Origin: an uncultured Rickettsiales bacterium
Lineage (GTDB): Bacteria > Pseudomonadota > Alphaproteobacteria > Rickettsiales > UBA1997
Direction: 5' to 3'
Length of the DNA stretch: 64,000 nucleotides
Assembly (NCBI GenBank): GCA_944391075.1
Contig: CALXSG010000004.1
Coordinates: forward strand, 10,445-74,444
In this document: positions 56,348 to 64,000 of the stretch, one piece after another
Position numbering within the stretch: position 1 is the stretch's first letter
Layout: every line of letters begins with the position of its first letter
Translations under genes and position numbers: made by a program
Notes under the pieces: generated by a model
Seen by the model: the letters and a program-made list of their open reading frames with translations, nothing else
Database searches by the model: none
Told to the model about the DNA's origin: nothing

Positions 56348-58135
56348 TTAGTCATTAATCAAAACATCTTCAATGATAAATTGGATATTTTCTTGACCTT
56401 GCCATCTATTTATGTTTAATTCACCTAAAAGATTTATTTTTTTTCCTTTTTGTGATAAAATAGAAAATATTTTATCATCTTTTGTAGTTCTAAAACACAT
56501 AGCTATAAGCCCATGAGATAAATTTACTGCATCATTATCACACACTATTAATCTTAAATTATTTTGATTTTTACCAACTATATCAGCCTTCACTACAACC
56601 ACATCTTTTAATATGATTTTAGGTTTATGATTTCCTGTGCCAAATGGCCCTAATTTATCTATTTCATTAGCTAAATCAATGGACAAACTCTTACATTCTA
56701 AAACTAAATCAGCATTTCTTTCTTTGTTATTTAAGTAATAATCGACATCATTACTTAACTCTTCAAGAAAAAATTGTTTTAATTCTTCTACTTTATTCTC
56801 TTCGACGCTAAAACCACCAGCCATAGCGTGTCCACCACCATCTTTAATTAGGCCTTTTAATTTTGCTTTTAATATTACACTACCAATATCAACACCATGC
56901 ACGGATCTACAAGAAGCTCTATAATAATCTTTTATTTTTGAAATAACCACGGTTGGCTTTTCAAACTTATCTTTAATTCTGGATGCAATAATACCAATTA
57001 CACCTTCGTGCCATGATTCACCTTCGACAAATATAATACTATCATTATATAATTCTTTCTTTTCTATCTCTATAATAGCTTCTTGCAATACAACCTTTTC
57101 TATTGCTTGTCTTTCTTGATTATAAATATTTAAATGTTTTGCTATTTGTAATGTTTCAAAGTCATCTTTTAAACAAAGCAATTTACTAGATAAGTCTGAT
57201 TCTCCTACTCTACCTGTTGCATTAATTCTAGGGCCTAAAATAAAACCAACATGATAAGTACCAATTTCTTCATCTATTTCAGAAACATTGATAAGTGATT
57301 TAATACCTGAATTTGTCCTATTATGAATTACTTTTAAACCTTGTCTTACAAATGCTCTATTAAGTCCTGTTAAAGGAACAACATCACATATTGTTCCTAA
57401 TGCAACTAAGTCAAGAAATTGCAATAAATCTGGTTCTTTTATATTTTTTTCTTTAAAATAACCCTCTTCTCTTAATTTTCTATTAAGAGAAATTAAAAAT
57501 AAAAAACCTACACCAACACCTGCTAAATTTTTATACTCTGTAATTTCATCTAATCTATTAGGGTTTATGACAGCATCAGCTTCTGGAAGTTCACTATCAC
57601 CAAGATGATGATCTGTCACAACAATCTTTAAACCTAATTCTTTACCAATTTTGCAAGGTTCAAAAGCTGAAACGCCACAATCAACAGTTAATATTAAATT
57701 TACTTTGTCATCATATTTTAACTTTTTAAAGGCTTCGACATTAGGTCCATAACCTTCATTAACCCTATCAGGAATATAAATAAGAGAATCAACATTAATT
57801 AAGTCAAAATAATTCTTCATTAAAGCAGAAGACGATACACCATCGACATCATAATCACCAAAAATACAGATTTTTTCATTATTAATTATTGAATTATACA
57901 CAATATCCACACCCTTCTTCATATCTAATAATTTATTAGGATCAGTTAAATATCTTCTAAGAGTTGGATTTATAAAATCGTTTATTTCATCCAGTTCAAC
58001 ACCTCTAATATTTAGCAATCTAGATAATATTTCCGAAAAACCAAATTTTTGATATATAGCTAAAACTTTTCTATCATCATATTGATTTATTTTCCATAAA
58101 CAGTTTTTAAATGATTTTTTGTTTGAGAAGTACAT
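56348..58135 (-). CDS. recJ: Single-stranded-DNA-specific exonuclease RecJ
   Basis: DHH motifs (IFGDYDVDG, VVTDHH), DHHA1 (GGGHAMAGG). 595 aa. Confidence 0.93.
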   Translation of the reverse strand: MYFSNKKSFKNCLWKINQYDDRKVLAIYQKFGFSEILSRLLNIRGVELDEINDFINPTLRRYLTDPNKLLDMKKGVDIVYNSIINNEKICIFGDYDVDGVSSSALMKNYFDLINVDSLIYIPDRVNEGYGPNVEAFKKLKYDDKVNLILTVDCGVSAFEPCKIGKELGLKIVVTDHHLGDSELPEADAVINPNRLDEITEYKNLAGVGVGFLFLISLNRKLREEGYFKEKNIKEPDLLQFLDLVALGTICDVVPLTGLNRAFVRQGLKVIHNRTNSGIKSLINVSEIDEEIGTYHVGFILGPRINATGRVGESDLSSKLLCLKDDFETLQIAKHLNIYNQERQAIEKVVLQEAIIEIEKKELYNDSIIFVEGESWHEGVIGIIASRIKDKFEKPTVVISKIKDYYRASCRSVHGVDIGSVILKAKLKGLIKDGGGHAMAGGFSVEENKVEELKQFFLEELSNDVDYYLNNKERNADLVLECKSLSIDLANEIDKLGPFGTGNHKPKIILKDVVVVKADIVGKNQNNLRLIVCDNDAVNLSHGLIAMCFRTTKDDKIFSILSQKGKKINLLGELNINRWQGQENIQFIIEDVLIND

Positions 58136-58136
58136 A

Positions 58137-58559
58137 TTATCTACCTCCCACTATGTCCAAAGTATATGCATTTTTTGTATCTAATGCCTTAGGAATATTA
58201 TTACCGAATCTCTTTGCTGGCCCAAAACCTACAACTTTATTATTATCTAAAATAACCCAATATTCTGTACCAGTTCTTAATAATGGATAAAAACCAATAA
58301 ATGGAAATTGATCAAGATTAAAAAATAAGCTAAAAACACTATCGTGTACATAGTATACCATGTATTTTTTGCTATAAAATTCATTTTGTGTTGCTGGTTC
58401 ACCTAAAACATCTATAACTTGTTCGGCAGAATAATTTACATGAATATTCTTAAAACCATTGCTTGTCAAAGGAAGACAACTCGTACACAAAACACAAAAT
58501 AAAACAAAAAATAATTCTCTACTACTCTTAACTATCTTGTTAAAATACTTTTTCTTCAC
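58137..58559 (-). CDS. Putative lipoprotein, BamE/SmpA-OmlA-like
   Basis: Lipobox-like VLCTSC. SAEQVIDVLGEP is reminiscent of BamE-family domains. Weak call. Confidence 0.35.
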   Translation of the reverse strand: MKKKYFNKIVKSSRELFFVLFCVLCTSCLPLTSNGFKNIHVNYSAEQVIDVLGEPATQNEFYSKKYMVYYVHDSVFSLFFNLDQFPFIGFYPLLRTGTEYWVILDNNKVVGFGPAKRFGNNIPKALDTKNAYTLDIVGGR

Positions 58560-58607
58560 TACTAAACTTCTAAAAATTATACTACCAGTATATATTTTAA
58601 AAAAAGT

Positions 58608-58646
58608 ATAAAAAAAATCAACAATTTTATAATAAAATTGTTGATT
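58608..58646 (-). terminator. Rho-independent terminator after rpmG
   Basis: 13-bp stem AATCAACAATTTT/AAAATTGTTGATT with a 5-nt loop, followed on the minus strand by T8. Confidence 0.75.
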
Positions 58647-58670
58647 AATATTATTGAAAAATTTATATTA

Positions 58671-58868
58671 TTATTTACCGCCACCTAATTTTTCTTCTTT
58701 GAAAAGAACATGTTTTCTAACAACAGGGTCAAATTTATTAAATTCCATCTTGTTAGGTCTTTTCTTAGGATTTCTTCTTGCTAAGTAAAAATAACCTGTA
58801 CCAGCAGTACTAACCAATTTAAACAATATTGCCGGTCTCTTTCTTTTTGCTGTTTTACTATTTGCCAT
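58671..58868 (-). CDS. rpmG: 50S ribosomal protein L33 (bL33)
   Basis: [12 protein letters not shown]...[16 protein letters not shown], a canonical bL33 sequence. Confidence 0.92.
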   Translation of the reverse strand: MANSKTAKRKRPAILFKLVSTAGTGYFYLARRNPKKRPNKMEFNKFDPVVRKHVLFKEEKLGGGK

Positions 58869-59014
58869 TTTTAGCCTTTATTTTTAATCAAAATTTTTTC
58901 TAATAGTAAATTATGATTTTTATTTGTCAAGAAATAAGTATTATTTATCTACTTATTTTACTTGACTTTTTCTTACTTAATTATATCATATAGCAAATTT
59001 ATAAATATTAAAAT

Positions 59015-60667
59015 ATGAATAAAATTTTATTTAAGTACATTAAAAATATAAAAAATACAATGATAAATTTGACATTCGTTAAGTTTATATTCTTATTTAG
59101 TTTGTTTAATATAGTAGTTTATGGTTATCCAATTATTACAAAAGCTAACACTTTTTATCATAATTTCTTTATAACCATAATATTATATTCAATTTCTTAT
59201 GCTTTGTTAATTTCAGCTTTTGCTATACTTATATTTAAAAAATCATATAAAATCATATTATCTTTCATTATAATAGCTAATTCTGTAATCTTTCATTTCA
59301 TGATAACATATGGAATAGCTTTTGATGCTAATATGCTTATTAATACCACAGAAACAAATTATAATGAAGCTATTGAATTTATTAATTTAAAGTTTATTTT
59401 ATTTATTATTTTTTTAGGTATACTACCAGCTATATTTGTTTACAAAAGAATTAATATTGAATTTCCACACTATTGGAAAAATAAGATAATATTATCAATT
59501 GCCCCATTATTATTAATATTTTTGATGACTTTACCATGTCATTTATCAGAAAGAACACTAAACTTTGTTAGGGACAATCAAAGAATAACAAGCTATATAA
59601 TGCCAATAAATTATATTGAAGCAAGTATAGAATTTTGCTTTTTAAAAATTAAAAGTTATATAAATTCTTTAAACTTAATATCTATTAGTGATGATGCCAC
59701 AATAGAAGAAAAAAATTATAATAAAAATGACAAGAAAAATCTAATTGTTTTTGTTATGGGAGAATCTGCAAGAGCTAAAAATTTTTCATTAAATGGTTAT
59801 GAAAGAAATACAAATAAATTTTTAGATGATTATAAAGAAGATATAATTAGTTTCAAAAATTTTGAATCTTGCGGAACTTTCACAGCTTTAAGTCTTACTT
59901 GTACTTTTTCACATTTACCAAGAAAAGAATTTGATTATGCAAAAAGTTTTAAATATGAAAGTCTAATAGATATTTTTGATAAAGTAGGTTTTGATGTTGC
60001 ATGGAGAAGTAATAATGGTAAATGCAAAGGAGTTTGTGATAGAGTTAAAAATTCATTAGTAAAAAGTTTTGGCAATAATATTTATGATGATTTATTATTA
60101 AAAGCTTTTGATATGGACTTAAATAGATTAACAGAAAAAAATAATTTAATAGTTTTACATGGAAGAGGAAGCCACGGACCATTGTATTATAAAAGATATC
60201 CAAAAGAGTTTGAAGTATATAAACCAGCTTGCAACAATGAACTTGATAAATGTTCAGTTGAAGAAATCATTAACGCTTATGATAATAGCATATACTATAC
60301 TAGTTATATATTAAAAGAAATTATCAATAGATTAACAAAATTGGATGATAAATATAATACAATGCTAATTTTTATGTCAGATCACGGACAATCATTAGGA
60401 GAAAATGGTGTTTTTATGCATAGTGCTCCTTTTGATACAGCACCAATAGATCAAAAAAATCCTGCATTCTTTATATGGCTAAATGATGATTTTGCTAATA
60501 CATTTAATATTGACAAACAATGTTTAATATCTAAAATAAATAGTAATTTATCGCAAGACAATATTTTTCATTCAATGTTAGGAATTTTCAAGATTCATTC
60601 AAAGTATTATAATAAAAATTTAGATATTTTTAGTGATTGTATGAACATTAATAATATTACAAAATAA
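59015..60667 (+). CDS. eptA: Phosphoethanolamine--lipid A transferase (EptA family)
   Basis: N-terminal 5-TM region plus a sulfatase-fold domain. Motifs: VFVMGESARAKNFSLNGYERNTN, SCGTFTALSL (nucleophile Thr context), SDHGQSLGENG. Confidence 0.85.
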   Translation: MNKILFKYIKNIKNTMINLTFVKFIFLFSLFNIVVYGYPIITKANTFYHNFFITIILYSISYALLISAFAILIFKKSYKIILSFIIIANSVIFHFMITYGIAFDANMLINTTETNYNEAIEFINLKFILFIIFLGILPAIFVYKRINIEFPHYWKNKIILSIAPLLLIFLMTLPCHLSERTLNFVRDNQRITSYIMPINYIEASIEFCFLKIKSYINSLNLISISDDATIEEKNYNKNDKKNLIVFVMGESARAKNFSLNGYERNTNKFLDDYKEDIISFKNFESCGTFTALSLTCTFSHLPRKEFDYAKSFKYESLIDIFDKVGFDVAWRSNNGKCKGVCDRVKNSLVKSFGNNIYDDLLLKAFDMDLNRLTEKNNLIVLHGRGSHGPLYYKRYPKEFEVYKPACNNELDKCSVEEIINAYDNSIYYTSYILKEIINRLTKLDDKYNTMLIFMSDHGQSLGENGVFMHSAPFDTAPIDQKNPAFFIWLNDDFANTFNIDKQCLISKINSNLSQDNIFHSMLGIFKIHSKYYNKNLDIFSDCMNINNITK

Positions 60668-60729
60668 AATAGCTCCATATTGATTAACACAGAGCTATAA
60701 GTTCTTAATAAATAGATTATAAATCTATA

Positions 60730-61002
60730 TTATTTAACTGAATCTTTTAAAACTTTACCAACTGTAAATTTAACTTTTTTACCAGCAGGAATTTTAATTT
60801 CTTTTCCTGTTTTAGGATTTCTACCCATTTTAGCTTTTGTATCAACAACTTTAAAGCTTCCAAAACCAATTAAGGAAACATCATCACCTTTTTTAAGTGA
60901 TTCTTCAATTGTTTCCATAAAAGCATTTAATAACATTTCACATGCTACTTTTGTAGTACCTGTTTTAGTAGCTACTGCATTAATTAAATCTTGCTTATAC
61001 AT
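60730..61002 (-). CDS. hup: HU-family nucleoid-associated DNA-binding protein
   Basis: 90 aa with GFGSFKV...RNPKTGKEIKIPA. Confidence 0.93.
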   Translation of the reverse strand: MYKQDLINAVATKTGTTKVACEMLLNAFMETIEESLKKGDDVSLIGFGSFKVVDTKAKMGRNPKTGKEIKIPAGKKVKFTVGKVLKDSVK

Positions 61003-61133
61003 AATTTACCTCTTTATTTTTATTTAATATAATATCAAAAATATTATACTGCTTACTATTTTATATTAATTGATATAATTTTAATATCAAGACTTTTTAA
61101 TTATTAGTATTGTTTGTATAAATAGCATTTTTT

Positions 61134-61505
61134 CTATATATGTTCAGTTTGATTTTTTAAACACTTTTCAATATCTTTCGCTATCGATTCAACAGACATA
61201 TTCATAATAGAATGTCTAGCTATGATTTGATAATCATATTGATTTTTTAATAGCATTTTATCAACTTTTTTAAAAGCTTCTTTAATCTTCCTTCTAATGT
61301 GGTTTCTAACCACAGCTTTTTTGCTAATTTTTTTACTTACAACAGCTAATAATCTAACAAAATCAGTCACTCTACTATTATAATCAATATTTCTTTGTGG
61401 CGTTGGTATATATAATAATATCATGGAACCTGTTTTAATAAAAAATTCAGGGGATTCTCTCTCTTGCAATATTTGTATTCTAGATTTAATTGGTAAAATA
61501 AACAT
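61134..61505 (-). CDS. rnpA: Ribonuclease P protein component
   Basis: RNR-like basic motif KKAVVRNHIRRKIKEAF. The N-terminal boundary is uncertain. No rpmH is visible upstream (htrA precedes it). Confidence 0.7.
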   Translation of the reverse strand: MFILPIKSRIQILQERESPEFFIKTGSMILLYIPTPQRNIDYNSRVTDFVRLLAVVSKKISKKAVVRNHIRRKIKEAFKKVDKMLLKNQYDYQIIARHSIMNMSVESIAKDIEKCLKNQTEHI

Positions 61506-62968
61506 TAGTTATAGACAATATTTGATGATTGTTTTTCACCTATTGGTAAAAATATTAAACTATTTTTAGTAGGACTTTTTACAATAATAAATACATACTT
61601 ACTATTATCCAACTCAGCTTTATGAATATTTTGCAAAATAACATCGCCACTAGTAGCTTGATCTTGATTAATTGATAATATAACATCACCAGATCTAATA
61701 CCTTTTTTATCAGCCAAACCACCTTTTTGTGTTTTTAAAACATACATACCATCATTAGCTTTAATATCAAATTTTTTCTTAGATTCTCTATTTACAGGAA
61801 TTAGCACAGCATCAAAAGCTTCAACAGCTTTAGATAGTAAAGCTTCATACTCTTGATCATATTTATAATTATCTTTATTTTCCTCTGTTTTAACTGTTAT
61901 GCTTATAACCTTATTATTTCTTAAAATATCAAGTTTTACTCTTGAACCTATCTCAGTAGACGTAATTAATAATGATAATTCACGAACATTTCTAACTCTT
62001 TTACCATTATACTTTAATATAATATCAGAAACTAACAAGCCTGCTCTATCTGCGGGACTATCATTTTTTATATCCGTAATAATAACACCATATCTTCTTG
62101 TTGCAGTATCTAATATTTGAAAAATTTCCTTTTGTATATTTTCTACAACAATACCAATTGTACCTCTTTTAACATAGCCATATCTTTTTAATTCTTCAAT
62201 AAGTGGTAATAAATCGGTAGCTGGCATTGCAAAACCTATACCAACATTACTTCCATCAGGAGAGTAAATAGCACTTGTTAAGCCAATAACTTTACCTCTT
62301 AAATTGAACATAGGACCACCAGAATTGCCTTTATTTATAGATGCATCTGTTTGAATGAAATTATCAAAAGAATTCATTTTTAGATTTCGATTTAAAGCTG
62401 AAATAATACCAGTAGACACAGACACACCTAAATTATAAGGATTACCAGCAACAACTACAATATCACCAACCTTATAATTTTTAGTTTGATCAAATTCAAC
62501 ATACGGAAGTTTATTTTTAATTGATATTTTTAATAAAGCTATATCCATAATTTCATCTACACCTACAATTTCAGCTGGAAAATTTGTTTCTGAACCTTTT
62601 AATTTAATATTAACTTTTTCTCCATCTTTTATAACATGATAATTTGTTACAATATAACCATCTTCACTAATTAAAAAACCAGAACCAAGAGAAACAGTTT
62701 CAGGTGTTTCTTCTATATTATATTCTGTATTATATGTATTATTTTTTATAGTATTAATTGTAACAACTGTTGGCAATATATTATCAATAATCGAAGATAA
62801 ATCATATAAATATATACCATTTACACTAATATCTTCATTATTACTATCTTTTGTTTCAGTTGTATTATTTGTATTATCTGCTTGTGAAGATAAAGAACTA
62901 GCATTTACTAACTGAATATTAGTTATATACACTATAATTATTATTAGTAAAATGCTAGCTCTTCTCAT
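61505..62968 (-). CDS. htrA: HtrA/DegP-family periplasmic serine protease with two PDZ domains
   Basis: Catalytic motifs TNYHV, D..ALLK and GNSGGPMFN. I prefer the ATG at 62968 (MRRASILLIII signal). The ORF-track TTG at 62995 overlaps the upstream gene. Confidence 0.9.
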   Translation of the reverse strand: MRRASILLIIIIVYITNIQLVNASSLSSQADNTNNTTETKDSNNEDISVNGIYLYDLSSIIDNILPTVVTINTIKNNTYNTEYNIEETPETVSLGSGFLISEDGYIVTNYHVIKDGEKVNIKLKGSETNFPAEIVGVDEIMDIALLKISIKNKLPYVEFDQTKNYKVGDIVVVAGNPYNLGVSVSTGIISALNRNLKMNSFDNFIQTDASINKGNSGGPMFNLRGKVIGLTSAIYSPDGSNVGIGFAMPATDLLPLIEELKRYGYVKRGTIGIVVENIQKEIFQILDTATRRYGVIITDIKNDSPADRAGLLVSDIILKYNGKRVRNVRELSLLITSTEIGSRVKLDILRNNKVISITVKTEENKDNYKYDQEYEALLSKAVEAFDAVLIPVNRESKKKFDIKANDGMYVLKTQKGGLADKKGIRSGDVILSINQDQATSGDVILQNIHKAELDNSKYVFIIVKSPTKNSLIFLPIGEKQSSNIVYN

Positions 62969-62975
62969 AATTCTA

Positions 62976-63707
62976 TTAATTTTTATTATTACCAAAGAAT
63001 TTTAATAATGTTAAAAATAAGTTAATGAAATCCATATATAAATTTAAAGCACCAATAACAGCAACTTTTTCTTTAACTCCTGCATCTCCATTAACATAAT
63101 CATATGTTTGTTTGATTTTTTGTACATCATAAGCTGTTAAACCAGAGAATATGATAACACCTAAAATAGATATAGCAAAATCAACACCTGAACTCTTTAA
63201 GAAAATATTAACTAAACTTGCTATAACTATACCCAAAAGTCCCATAATCAAGAATTGTCCCATTCCTGTTAAATCTTTCTTTGTTACATAACCATATAAA
63301 CTCATACCACCAAACATAGCAGCTGTAATAAAGAATGTTCTAACAATACTAATAGATGTATAAATATAAAAAATTGATGACATTGATAAGCCCATCAAGC
63401 CTGAAAAAATAAATAAATGTGTCTTTGCTTTTTCAGGTGTCATAGACCATACTTTTGCACTAAAATAAAATACATAAAATAATGGAGCCAATGCAACAAC
63501 TATTGATAGTGGTGAACCTAAGAATAATTGTGTTAATGCAGCACTTTTAGCTACTAAAAAAGAAACTAAACCTGTAATTAATAAAGCTATTGACATATAT
63601 TTATAAACATTATCCATATATGTTTTTAAGCCTTCATCATAGGTTACAGTATTCGTTTGCGTCAAATCTAAAAAATTTTTCATAAAATGTCCTTTTATTA
63701 ATATCAT
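62976..63707 (-). CDS. BAX inhibitor-1/YccA-family membrane protein
   Basis: 7-TM profile with the C-terminal motif ALNLYMDFINLFL..L typical of the family. Confidence 0.85.
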   Translation of the reverse strand: MILIKGHFMKNFLDLTQTNTVTYDEGLKTYMDNVYKYMSIALLITGLVSFLVAKSAALTQLFLGSPLSIVVALAPLFYVFYFSAKVWSMTPEKAKTHLFIFSGLMGLSMSSIFYIYTSISIVRTFFITAAMFGGMSLYGYVTKKDLTGMGQFLIMGLLGIVIASLVNIFLKSSGVDFAISILGVIIFSGLTAYDVQKIKQTYDYVNGDAGVKEKVAVIGALNLYMDFINLFLTLLKFFGNNKN

Positions 63708-64000
63708 ATTATTTAATATAATAACCTTTTATTAAAATGCAATATATTTGTTATAAAATATATAATTTATCTTAATTTCTCTTAAAAAAATTTATAATAA
63801 TTAAACATATTAAAAATATTAATTCATATTATGAAATATTACAAATTTTGATAATATAAATTCTTGTTTTTTATATGTTGACAATTATAAAATATTATAT
63901 TATGATAATTTAAGTTTATTTTCGATAGTTAAGACTATTGTGAGGATAAATTTACCGCGGAGCTACTAGCGAGAAGGTAAATATAATTTAGCAAACTAAA

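Noticed and set aside
60668-60729. Hairpin ATAGCTC...GAGCTAT between the convergent eptA and hup genes, as a possible bidirectional terminator.
   Set aside because: It has only a 7-bp stem with a 16-nt loop and no U tract on either strand. That is too weak to annotate in a genome this AT-rich.
63941-64000. GC-enriched patch at the window edge (gaggataaatttaccgcggagctactagcgagaaggtaaatat...) with a 7-bp ATTTACC/GGTAAAT stem. It could be the start of an ncRNA (tmRNA piece, SRP or RNase P RNA) or a leader.
   Set aside because: It is truncated by the window end. I could not match it to conserved cores I know (no GAGGAAAGUCC for RNase P, no SRP domain IV motif, and no in-frame tmRNA tag because gca-aac is followed by taa). 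There is not enough evidence to call.
1-64000. Possibility of an alternative genetic code (TGA as Trp, as in some reduced genomes).
   Set aside because: TGA terminates genes at the expected family lengths (for example virB4 at 28155-28157). Trp positions I checked are encoded by TGG (for example NSWKQ in the pilins). The standard code 11 fits all conserved proteins.

Overview
Very AT-rich bacterial chromosomal window, gene-dense and mostly minus-strand. Lineage markers point to a host-associated alphaproteobacterium: a DUF1013/TrcR-type protein, a DUF1058-type SH3 protein, and a Rickettsiales-style split type IV secretion island (virB3-virB4-virB6 paralogs).

Housekeeping content:
- The S10/spc ribosomal protein operon, rpsJ through rplE plus the start of rpsN (1-6202).
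- rpsB-tsf-pyrH, rne, recJ, rpmG, rplY, hup, rnpA, htrA, trmB, rsmA and upp.
- A fermentative enzyme set (pflB, adhE, an LDH/MDH-family gene).
- Envelope genes: a TolC-like protein, LpxR-like and EptA-like lipid A modifiers, and a Ca/Mn-type P-type ATPase.

Accessory or unusual content:
1. Three tandem prepilin paralogs sit directly upstream of rpsJ (6418-9175). Each has a G10-G11 homopolymer inside an unusually long leader-peptide coding region. One is in frame and two are frameshifted, which suggests slipped-strand phase variation. A fourth prepilin (36680-37414) and a prepilin peptidase (18393-19118) lie elsewhere.
2. The T4SS island (19913-30861) has two giant VirB6/TrbL-like proteins that share a Cys-rich N-terminal ectodomain. 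The 1712-aa paralog carries an ALK/LTK-type glycine-rich domain inserted in the VirB6 periplasmic loop, plus a repeat-bearing basic tail.
3. A tightly packed operon encodes a Ddl-like ATP-grasp ligase, an alpha/beta hydrolase and a membrane-anchored MurF-like ligase. It lies outside any dcw context, and a kinase gene follows it.
4. A 1054-aa SF2 helicase combines an HA-like domain, a long N/K/I-rich coiled region and a GreA-C-like end. It is paired with an unknown 207-aa gene and a possible HTH gene relic.
5. Candidate regulatory RNA or sites: a yybP-ykoY-like leader before the P-type ATPase, a perfect 7-1-7 Fur box, and an S10 leader with alternative pairings.

I recognised no rRNA, tRNA, CRISPR array, transposase or integrase.
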